Numbered from the stretch's first letter, positions 20,420 through 28,422 are shown. The stretch: DNA of 64,000 nucleotides from an uncultured virus (IMG/VR IMGVR_UViG_2061766007_000545) (IMGVR_UViG_2061766007_000545); one strand, 5' to 3'. A program made the numbers and translations. The notes: generated by a model not told the origin, from the letters alone.

Positions 20420-20543
20420 AAGTAGTTACCTCTCTTTCTTTACTGTGATTAAAGTATATCATATACCTTAATTTTTGTCAATCCTTTTTAAAAAAGAAAA
20501 TCGGAATAAATTAGACCTTTAAGGTCTAACTTGGTTTGGCGCA

Positions 20544-20759
20544 TTACCATGCGCCTTCACGACACGATTTTAATTCTTCCAACCACTGAATCATTTGGTA
20601 GTTCCATTCTTTCTGATGGGCAACCCATTTTAATTCATCTTGATATTCTCGGATAACGCTTTCTGCGTCTTCCTCACAATAGATTTTTTGTTCTCTTTCT
20701 TCTGCTTCTTGGTATTTCATTCTATAATAGAGAATTGCGCTATTTAGTTCAAATTTCAT
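20544..20759 (-). CDS. hypothetical protein
   Basis: Overlaps upstream gene end; RBS AAAGGA. Confidence 0.65.
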   Translation of the reverse strand: MKFELNSAILYYRMKYQEAEEREQKIYCEEDAESVIREYQDELKWVAHQKEWNYQMIQWLEELKSCREGAW

Positions 20760-21090
20760 TTTTGGTTCCTTTCATAATTGCTTTACAGTTAGGGCAGAAG
20801 TTATAACTACATTTATTATAATCATTTTTTACTACTTCTCCACATTCGCTACACTTGTAATAGTATCCATAAGTTTCGCCCATTCCGCAACCTTCGCTCC
20901 AATAACTACCTCTTATCCACATTCCGACTTTATGTTCTTCGTAAGATTCTTCTTCATCATCTGCTTTGATGGTCGGAGCAAGATGTATATAATTCCAAAA
21001 GGCGCAATCCTCTTCGCAACCCGGCATTTTACGGCACATTTCTGTACACCACTTTTCTTGCAAAGCATCAGCATCAATCAATCTTCCCAT
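20749..21090 (-). CDS. zinc-ribbon protein
   Basis: MGRLIDADAL start; CSECG...FCPNC. Confidence 0.75.
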   Translation of the reverse strand: MGRLIDADALQEKWCTEMCRKMPGCEEDCAFWNYIHLAPTIKADDEEESYEEHKVGMWIRGSYWSEGCGMGETYGYYYKCSECGEVVKNDYNKCSYNFCPNCKAIMKGTKNEI

Positions 21091-21248
21091 TTTCTTTTTG
21101 CTCCTTTTTATGAAAGTTTCTCTTTCTTTATCTTTCTAAAAAAATTATATCATATTTTTGGAAAAATTTCAAGTTTTAATTTTCTTTTCTTGTTAGACCT
21201 CTAAGGTCTAATTACCCCTTCTGCAGAAGGGGCGGTATTGCATCTATA

Positions 21249-21563
21249 TTATAGAGGATAAGTATCCTCTAATAACATTCCAACAACTATTTCGATTACA
21301 TCGTTAGCCGTAAGCCAACCACGAACAGTATCTCCGCATTCGTCCTCGTCTACGATACAGCCCATAATCTCGAGCAATCCATCTTCGTGACCATAGCTTC
21401 CGCTATGGCATACGGCATCCCAGGCACGGCTATTATCTTTTGAATAAACAACAATCTGCGCACCATCAAAGAAGGTCTTAAAGGTAAAACGAAAATTATT
21501 CGTCGCCAACCAACAACAAAGTTTTCCGAGTTCCGTAAGGTTAATTGCTTCTTTTTCTTTCAT
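21249..21563 (-). CDS. hypothetical protein
   Basis: WDAVCHSGSYGHEDGLLEIMG; own promoter and RBS. Confidence 0.75.
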   Translation of the reverse strand: MKEKEAINLTELGKLCCWLATNNFRFTFKTFFDGAQIVVYSKDNSRAWDAVCHSGSYGHEDGLLEIMGCIVDEDECGDTVRGWLTANDVIEIVVGMLLEDTYPL

Positions 21564-21733
21564 ACTGCTTAACTCCTTTCTTTTACTATACTTATTATAA
21601 TATATAAAAAACAAAAAGTCAACACCTTTTTAAAACTTAATTAGACCTTTAAGGTCTAACAAATCAATTGCTACACCGGGGCGCGCCAACAACGCACGTC
21701 CCGGCGGGTTCTGACACCTGTTTTCCTTCAGGC

Positions 21734-21907
21734 TTAGTACACATCGTAGGGATACCACTCAGACTCTTCTTCGGTCATTACCGTAACAAGCTTAGGACTT
21801 TCAAAAAGTCTTTCAGCAAAGAGAATAGCCTGTAGTTTATCATTTGCGTTTACGAAGAAATCTTCGCCCGTTTCTTCATCATTAAATAAGTAGTACATTT
21901 CTTTCAT
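21734..21907 (-). CDS. small acidic protein (57 aa)
   Basis: MKEMYYLFNDEETGEDFFV; RBS GAGGT; own promoter. Confidence 0.7.
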   Translation of the reverse strand: MKEMYYLFNDEETGEDFFVNANDKLQAILFAERLFESPKLVTVMTEEESEWYPYDVY

Positions 21908-22032
21908 ATCTGTTTACCTCTCTTTCTTTTGTAACTAAAGTATATCATAAGTAAGAAAGAATGTCAAGTACTTTGGAAGAGATTTGTTAGACCTATAAGG
22001 TCTAATTACCTCCCTTTCGGGAGGCGGAGGTT

Positions 22033-22341
22033 TCAACAGTATATTAAGGAATAGTTAGCCCACTTAAATATTGAAATTTGGTTACACTCACGTCCGAGCG
22101 CCAGCGCTTTTTTCTTCGTGCTGATGCGCTTCGACTTATCAATATACCAAATTCCATTTTCAAGCCACAAACCACAATTTCCGTTGTAGCGCTTCATTAT
22201 CGAGCGCACTTTTGTGATGTCGGTTGTGGTTTCGCCTTCTGTAGCTACTTGATAGCCACTTTTATAATTTATAATTTTACCATCTTTAAGAGTAAGACCG
22301 CCATTATTTTCGATTTTGCGAAGTGTTCTGATGTTTATCAT
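22033..22341 (-). CDS. basic hypothetical protein
   Basis: Own promoter; RBS GGGAGG. Confidence 0.75.
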   Translation of the reverse strand: MINIRTLRKIENNGGLTLKDGKIINYKSGYQVATEGETTTDITKVRSIMKRYNGNCGLWLENGIWYIDKSKRISTKKKALALGRECNQISIFKWANYSLIYC

Positions 22342-22859
22342 TTTTTGTTCCTCCCTTTTCTTACTATAGTCATTATATCATATTCAATTTAATTTGTCAA
22401 TCATTTATAAAGAGATGAATTAGACCTTTAAGGTCTAATTCAGATAAGGAAAAAAGAGAGTTCGCGACCTCTCTTTTTTCCCCAAGTTCTCGAGTTACTT
22501 GTCTTTTTTCATTCTTTGCTTTGCGGATAAAGATAAACCCTTCTGCAGAGAGTTTCCTCGGTTTTCTTGTATGCTTTGCGATGGAAAACCGCCCACTCTC
22601 AAGTCTAAAAGAAACCGTACCCCATAAGGAAAGTAACTACACACAACCCAACCTCTTGAGTCGATTGCCCTCACCACTCCTCAGTATCACCTCGTTGCTT
22701 ATCTCTTATGTTGGTTTTAGTATACCATAGAAAAAGAAAAAAGTCAATACTTTTTTAGAAATAAATTCAGATAAATTAGACCTTTAAGGTCTAGATTCAA
22801 TGCACGAAGCGCACTTTGGTCGCTTCATGCACAAGATAATTTGACGCTAAAAGATTTAC

Positions 22860-22958
22860 TTATCTCAAATAGTTATTTGCGATAAAAATAATAATGTCAA
22901 TAAAACCCGAAATTGCAATAAGAATTTTCGCTACCACTTTAAGAATCATATTTTTCAT
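22860..22958 (-). CDS. 32-aa hydrophobic peptide
   Basis: MKNMILKVVAKILIAISGFIDIIIFIANNYLR; RBS AAAGGAGA; sole cargo of its cassette. Confidence 0.6.
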   Translation of the reverse strand: MKNMILKVVAKILIAISGFIDIIIFIANNYLR

Positions 22959-23083
22959 TTTTGTTATCTCCTTTCTTTTTGTAATTAAAGTATAACATAG
23001 ACTTTATTTTTTGTCAATACTTTTCTGAAATAAAAACTAAATAAAATTAGACCTTTAAGGTCTAATAATAAAAGAAGAGGACA

Positions 23084-23293
23084 TTAGTCCTCTTTAATCC
23101 CTAAGATTTTAAAGTAGTCATCGAGTTCTGCCAGCGCCACTTTAGGGTCTCCCTCTTGGAGAGCTTCGCCTAAAGCAAGGAGAGAATACCGAGCCGCGCT
23201 AATCGCGAGACTCTGATTAGTATTTAATTCATGAAATGCTCTTGCATCTTCGAGTTTGTCTAACATTTTATTAATAAGTTCAAAGTGTGTCAT
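23084..23293 (-). CDS. hypothetical protein
   Basis: Own promoter, RBS, terminator. Confidence 0.75.
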   Translation of the reverse strand: MTHFELINKMLDKLEDARAFHELNTNQSLAISAARYSLLALGEALQEGDPKVALAELDDYFKILGIKED

Positions 23294-23407
23294 AGTGTTT
23301 ACCTCTCTTTCTTTTGTAACTTAAGTATAACATAGAAAAGTTAAAATGTCAACCACTTTTTGGAAGTTAAATTAGACCTTTAAGGTCTAACTTTATTTGG
23401 AAGAGAT

Positions 23408-23683
23408 TTACTCTTCCATTTTCGCACCACACCACGGACAGTATGGAGTAAGTAACTCTTCCGTGCATACTTGCCAACCACATTCGGAACATTCAAAAGT
23501 ATCGACAAGAAAAGGATTTACTTTTATCCATATTCCTTTCCGTTCCTCGTAAGGTTTTAGAGGACAGTTATCGTCTCTCTTATTGTTCAACCAACCGTTT
23601 GCCAATCCGTACTCGCATCGAGTTTTTAATTGGCACTCGGAACAACTGTTCGGCATATTCATATTTGTTAAAATTACGCTCAT
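23408..23683 (-). CDS. zinc-ribbon protein
   Basis: MPNSCSEC and CSECG...YCPWCGAKM. Confidence 0.75.
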   Translation of the reverse strand: MSVILTNMNMPNSCSECQLKTRCEYGLANGWLNNKRDDNCPLKPYEERKGIWIKVNPFLVDTFECSECGWQVCTEELLTPYCPWCGAKMEE

Positions 23684-23874
23684 TTTTGTTTACCTCCCTT
23701 TTTGTAATTAAAGTATATCATACACTTTTAATTTTGTCAATCACTTTTAGAAAAACTTTTCAGATTAAATTAGACCTTTTAGGTCTAACTCATAAAATAC
23801 CGCGAGAGCGCGCCTAGTCTCCCAGCAGCGCGCCCTCGGGCATAAGGAGGTGTGCTATGATTTTTGATAACGAG

Positions 23875-23966
23875 AGGGATAGGTGGGAGTCGAACCCACG
23901 AGCCTACAGAGCTTGTAAGTCTTAAGCCTTACAAGGGCACAGACAATCCGGTCTGCTAACTATCCC
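23875..23966 (-). tRNA. non-canonical tRNA-like RNA with CUUAAGA (Leu UAA-like) loop
   Basis: 7-bp acceptor GGGATAG/CTATCCC, T arm GTGGG-TTCGACT-CCCAC, 6-bp D-like stem, 8-bp anticodon-like stem; no encoded CCA. Confidence 0.6.
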
Positions 23967-24231
23967 ATATTTACCGCGAGGGAAGGAAAAGCGGAGGAAT
24001 TTTTTGAGGAATTTCTTTTTCCTTCCCTCATCTTCTGACGTAAGTATACCAAAATTTTTGAGAAAAGTCAATACTTCGAATTAGACCTTTAAGGTCTAAC
24101 TCTACGAAAAAAAAAGAGAAGTCTTTCGACTTCTCTACGGGATTACTCCGATTAAACTTTTCAAACCCATCCTACGGGCGTTACCGCGTAGGCTTAGCTA
24201 CTGAGTGTCTTTCTTTCCCGATTTATAAAAG

Positions 24232-24402
24232 TTAGTTCCTTACTCTATAATAAATAAGGAAGTACTTTTTGATACAACTGAACCGCTCACCATCGAGCGT
24301 CCAAAACTCATCATAGCTACCGCGACGTCCTTCGCGCGCGAGTGCGTCCAAGATAAGGTCTTTTTTTCTTTTTGAATTTACTTTTACAATCTGAATTGTC
24401 AT
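24232..24402 (-). CDS. hypothetical protein (56 aa)
   Basis: MTIQIVKVNS...GRRGSYDEFWTLDG; RBS AAGGAGG; own promoter. Confidence 0.7.
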   Translation of the reverse strand: MTIQIVKVNSKRKKDLILDALAREGRRGSYDEFWTLDGERFSCIKKYFLIYYRVRN

Positions 24403-24609
24403 TGTAGCATTCCTCCTTTTCTTTTATACACTGATTATACTACAAAAAACCGATTCTGTCAAGTGATGCGCGCTCGATAAAACTAGACCTTTGAGGTCTA
24501 ACTTTATTTCGGGAATAGTTATGCGATCGTTCTGAATATTTATTCATGAATATTTATTCAGTAAAAAGTGTATAAAAAAAAGAGCGGGATTTCTCCCGCT
24601 CTTTTCGGT

Positions 24610-25171
24610 TTAGATTTCGTCATCGAAGAGACCGAGGTCATCTTCCCAATCTCCCCAATCTTCAATATAATCTTCGTCAAGACCGAAGTCATCGAGAAGA
24701 GACTTGAAGTAGGTATCCCAATCAGGTTTCGGAATCGGGGCGGGAATTCCATCTTCCGCCCATTCCTTGAGGAGCGTCCAATCCCAATCGCCCCATTCCT
24801 CTTCGTCATCATCAACCTTCCAAAGAAGTCCGCCATACATATTGCCATCGGCATAGGCNNNNNNNNNNGGGTTTCGGAATCGGGGCGGAAATTCCATTTT
24901 CCGCCCACTCTTCGAGGAGCGTCCAATCCCAATCGCCCCACTCCTCTTCTTCGTCATCAACCTTCCAAAGAAGTCCGCCATACATATTGCCATCGGCATA
25001 GGCAAGACAAGCGCCCTCTTCGTCAAGCAATTCCAATTCAAACTTTTCGAAGTAGACCGTTGACAGCACAGTCAGTCTATCGTTAAAGAGAGTGCTTGCA
25101 ACATCAAGGTCAAAGTAGTGGTTTTCGATAATCTCAAGGGTCTCAAGGTTAGTTAATCTTAAAGTATACAT
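24610..25171 (-). CDS. very acidic Trp/Asp/Glu-rich protein (internal allele duplication at gap)
   Basis: MYTLRLTNLE...DDEEEEWGDWDW...DWGDWEDDLGLFDDEI; terminator ~24575-24606. Confidence 0.7.
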
Positions 25172-25208
25172 AGGTTTCTCCCTTTCGTAGTGGGGAGTAG
25201 GCTTGCGC

Positions 25209-25400
25209 CTACTCCATATAGTCATCATATACAATGATGGTGCGCTCTTCATCTTCCGTCTCATAGGGCTGTCGTGCTCTGATGATGATGTTATGACCGT
25301 ACTTCTTCGTAAGCTCAAACAAGTCCTCAAGAGTGCTAATCTGAATGTACTCCTCAAAGCTCCAATCACTTGCTTTCTCTACTCTAACTGTCGTTGCCAT
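25209..25400 (-). CDS. hypothetical protein
   Basis: RBS AAAGGAG. Confidence 0.7.
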   Translation of the reverse strand: MATTVRVEKASDWSFEEYIQISTLEDLFELTKKYGHNIIIRARQPYETEDEERTIIVYDDYME

Positions 25401-25447
25401 AACTAACTCCTTTCGTCTATGTGGGCGGACTTGCGTCCGCCCTTTGT

Positions 25448-25606
25448 CTACTTGTTTCGAGCAAGGCGGATGCGCTTGCCGTTTGCGTCATATTCCGCCG
25501 TTGCGATAACCTTGCCACTCTTCAAGAAAGTCTTGAAGTAGCCGTTTCCGAAAGTCTTTTTTTGAGTCCATACGGAAAACATTCCGTAATTGATTGTCGT
25601 TGCCAT
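25448..25606 (-). CDS. small basic protein (52 aa)
   Basis: MATTINYGMFSVWTQKKTFGNGYFK; RBS AAAGGAGA. Confidence 0.65.
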   Translation of the reverse strand: MATTINYGMFSVWTQKKTFGNGYFKTFLKSGKVIATAEYDANGKRIRLARNK

Positions 25607-25710
25607 AGATTTCTCCTTTCCGTCCTTGCGGGCGGGCGGACTTGCGTCCGCCCTTTTGTTTCTACTCTTCGTAGAAGTCCGCCAAAATCGGCTGATTGTT
25701 NNNNNNNNNN

Positions 25711-25995
25711 GCTGGAGTACCTAGAGAGACTTTATAATGGACTACTTGCTACTCAGAACGTAAATGGCACGCTTCAAGAAGACCAGGCTTTTAAGATTTG
25801 TAAGATTTCGTATGAGATTGATAGTAGAATTCGTGCGGGCACGGATTTTGATAAACTATTAAGTTCATATGATAAGCTTTTGAAAGAAGCCGATTTTACT
25901 CCGAAGAATGTTAAGAATATAAATGATTTTGATTCTTTTGGAGAGGTTGCGCGTTGGCTTGAGAAGAATGGATGGAAAAATAGGTATTATGATGA
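25711..25995 (+). other. Misplaced fragment that probably fills the gap in the 28734-29696 gene
   Basis: Bounded by N-gaps; LEYLERLY...KNRYYD reads plausibly between ...NYDDE(A) and VTRDVVDETI. Confidence 0.75.
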
Positions 25996-26042
25996 NNNNN
26001 NNNNNCCCTTGCGGGCGGGAGGCTTGCGCCTCCCTTTTGTTT

Positions 26043-26564
26043 CTACTCTTCGTAGAAGTCCGCCAAAATCGGCTGATTGTTGCAACATTCCCAAATGTAA
26101 TTTGCGATTGCCTTGCTTGCCTTAGGGCGCTTGCTATCGCTTACATAAAAGGACTGAATGTGCATTCCGTCGGACGCCTTGCGGATAAACTGTCCTCTTC
26201 CGTCATATCCCTCAAGGAAGTCAATCCATTCTTCCTTGCTGAATACATAAGCCTGAAATTCAGGCTCGATGTTCAAGTCAACATCGGGACAGTAGATAAT
26301 CCACTTTACAGACTTTGCAAGGCTGTCGTCTAACCGTCCGCAAGCGGACTTAATTTCGACCGTTTCGGACTTTCCGCCAAAAACCTTTGAACGAATGTCC
26401 GCCTTGCCCTGACTCTTTACCTTATAATCCTTGCGTCCGCTCATATAGTAGCGAATTGCTACCTCGAAAGCCTTACCAACAAGCCCGTCATCAATGATAG
26501 CGGTCTCGGCATTTGCAAGCCTTTTTCCGATATAGGAATTCATAAAGTCAATAGTATTGAACAT
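26043..26564 (-). CDS. putative PD-(D/E)XK (restriction endonuclease-like) nuclease
   Basis: GKAFE helix, KADI, VEIKS in the expected order; RBS GAGGT before MFNTIDF. Confidence 0.55.
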   Translation of the reverse strand: MFNTIDFMNSYIGKRLANAETAIIDDGLVGKAFEVAIRYYMSGRKDYKVKSQGKADIRSKVFGGKSETVEIKSACGRLDDSLAKSVKWIIYCPDVDLNIEPEFQAYVFSKEEWIDFLEGYDGRGQFIRKASDGMHIQSFYVSDSKRPKASKAIANYIWECCNNQPILADFYEE

Positions 26565-26634
26565 AGTCAAAACCTCTCTTTTTTGCGTATTTTTGTGCGG
26601 ACAAGTCAACACACCTTGTTCTACCATAACCGAA

Positions 26635-26648
26635 CGAACAAGTGTTCG
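26635..26648. promoter_or_regulatory. LexA/DinR-type SOS box (CGAACAAGTGTTCG)
   Basis: Perfect match to the Bacillota consensus CGAACRNRYGTTCG; intergenic. Confidence 0.6.
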
Positions 26649-26946
26649 GATTACTGTTTTACCGAAAGTAATTATCGTGAAATTAGATTGTCAATGTGCT
26701 TTGCTTGACTATAGAATATCACACTGTTAGACCATAGTCAAGCACTATTTTAAAAAATTTTTTAGGCGGGGTATATTTTAGGATTTCACCGAAATCGATT
26801 GCCGCGCCCGAAGGGCCCTGGAACATTTTCCCCACGAAGTAAAAAATTCATTTCTCCTTACATCATTGACCTACGAAGTAAAAATTTCATCCCTCCTCGC
26901 ACCATTAATCTATTTTCTCCCCTCTAATTTTCTCCTCCCGAAATTT

Positions 26947-26975
26947 TGACTTTTTCCCCAATTTTTAGTATACTT
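26947..26975 (+). promoter_or_regulatory. sigmaA-type promoter for the 27049 unit
   Basis: TTGACT-17 bp-TATACT. Confidence 0.7.
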
Positions 26976-27048
26976 ATATTAGATAGAAAGAAAAAATCGG
27001 ACCTACTGTCCGCCCAATATAAAAAATTAGGAGTAAACTAAACGAAAA

Positions 27049-28422
27049 ATGAAGAATAGACTAGACCTAAACTTCGACCTACTCTACCAAGACGAGCGCG
27101 CTAAGTACGTAAACGAATACGTCTCCCGCCCAGAGTTTATCGAAGCTCCCTTAACCTCAGCCGAACTCGAAACAATCTCCACCTATATCCTTTATGGAGT
27201 AGACCGCGAGTCCGGACTCTCTGAATCCAAAAAGAAAAACATTCTACTTTCTACGAAAAACTCTGTATGGAGTAAGAAAGAAAACGAAGAATCACTTGAA
27301 GAGCTTCGTGAATCCCCTAACTTTAATGAGGGGAAATTACGTCCAATTACTGCGCCACCCCTTCGAATTCAGACAGAAGAGAAACGCTTTTCCCGCGAAA
27401 AAGCTCTCCAGTCAGCTCCCTCTTACCTTCGTGGAGCTTTTGAGGATTTGTTCCGTAGAATCGACCACGTAGATCTCCTTGTAGGTTTTTATGAGCAGAT
27501 TCATGGAAGAAAAGGAAAAGAAGTTAAACCACCTCGCGAGGAGCTTTTGCGACGCTTTACGGACGAAGAAATCGAAGAAATTTCTCTCGCAGCACGCGAT
27601 CTTAGTCCTCATACGTACCTAAAGAAGAAAAGAGAACTCGTTACATTACGTACGGAACAGTATACCCTAAAGGATTCGTATGCGCCCTTACTGCTTACGA
27701 GTCCGCTCGTACATTTAACGAATTTTGATACAACAAATTCTTTTGAGGCGGGGATCGAGGTTTTGCCTTTGGGACTTTCAGATCATACGTCGATTGCGCG
27801 CCTCCTATACCGTCCGGACACCGGTGTCAATATGCGCCCGCGCGATTACTCCACTTCCGACCTCGAAGCCATCTCAAAGTTTTATTGGAAGAAGCAAAAT
27901 TTCGATAAAAAGTCTCATAAATTTTACTTTGATTTTAGGAATCAAGAACACGTCTACTTACTTTTAAATCTTTATACGGATTTGGAAGGAGATTTGGACA
28001 GAGAAAACCTCGATTCGACTTTACCGAGCTTTCTTAAGACTTTAAGGTTTTATATTAAGGAAGCGCAACTAACAGACGCACAGAGAGAAATCCTTCGTTT
28101 AAAGATTCTTAAAAAGTCAAATCAAGATATATCGAAGATTATTGGAGAGAAATTTGGAAAGACTTACGCACCCAATTATATTTCGACTATTTTTACTCGA
28201 AAGATTGTGCAGAAAATTTGTGAAGCCGCGCAGTATCATGAGACAGTAGTTTCGCAGATTTTCTTTGAAGAGGAATTTAAAGAGTGTACATGTTGTGGTC
28301 GAACTTTACTGCGCGACACCGTAAATTTTATGCGTAAAGGTCGTTCTGCGGATGGACTTATGGCACGTTGTAAAGCTTGCGAGAAGAAAATTAGAGGAGA
28401 AAAAGCAAACGCAAATGAGTGA
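27049..28422 (+). CDS. HTH (sigma region 4-like) plus C-terminal Zn-finger protein
   Basis: LTDAQREILRLKILKKSNQDISKIIG; CTCCG...CKAC. Confidence 0.6.
   Translation: MKNRLDLNFDLLYQDERAKYVNEYVSRPEFIEAPLTSAELETISTYILYGVDRESGLSESKKKNILLSTKNSVWSKKENEESLEELRESPNFNEGKLRPITAPPLRIQTEEKRFSREKALQSAPSYLRGAFEDLFRRIDHVDLLVGFYEQIHGRKGKEVKPPREELLRRFTDEEIEEISLAARDLSPHTYLKKKRELVTLRTEQYTLKDSYAPLLLTSPLVHLTNFDTTNSFEAGIEVLPLGLSDHTSIARLLYRPDTGVNMRPRDYSTSDLEAISKFYWKKQNFDKKSHKFYFDFRNQEHVYLLLNLYTDLEGDLDRENLDSTLPSFLKTLRFYIKEAQLTDAQREILRLKILKKSNQDISKIIGEKFGKTYAPNYISTIFTRKIVQKICEAAQYHETVVSQIFFEEEFKECTCCGRTLLRDTVNFMRKGRSADGLMARCKACEKKIRGEKANANE

Larger units (their letters stand above)
11125..24462 (-). promoter_or_regulatory. 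Series of about 27 near-consensus sigmaA promoters (TTGAC/TTGCA/TTGAA, ~17 bp, often TG-extended TATAAT/TATACT), one per cassette
   Basis: GTCAA (- strand TTGAC) at e.g. 11149, 11728, 12641, 13127, 13746, 14973, 16543, 17541, 20032, 22396, 23348, 24458, each with ATTATA/AGTATA about 17 bp to the left and usually an RBS beyond. Confidence 0.9.
10062..24501. repeat. 28 copies of a 19-bp intergenic palindrome, consensus TTAGACCTTTAAGGTCTAA (invariant core TAGACCT-N3-AGGTCTA)
   Basis: Starts at 10062, 11163, 11752, 12686, 13161, 13770, 14387, 14997, 15416, 16104, 16568, 17073, 17565, 17717 (alt allele), 18441, 18858, 20056, 20511, 21193, 21641, 21987, 22420, 22776, 23047, 23372, 23770, 24081, 24483; all intergenic; no full copy seen elsewhere in the window. 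Confidence 0.97.

Noticed and set aside
10062..24501. CRISPR array reading of the 28 palindromic repeats
   Set aside because: Intervals are about 270-1200 bp and hold promoters and genes; no cas genes seen.
25421..26333. + strand ORFs of 234 and 136 aa
   Set aside because: Chimeras across gaps of antisense sequence and a misplaced fragment.
26727..27070. Half-site matches TTAGACC (26727) and CTAGACCT (27061)
   Set aside because: No second arm; could be chance, so not counted as array sites.
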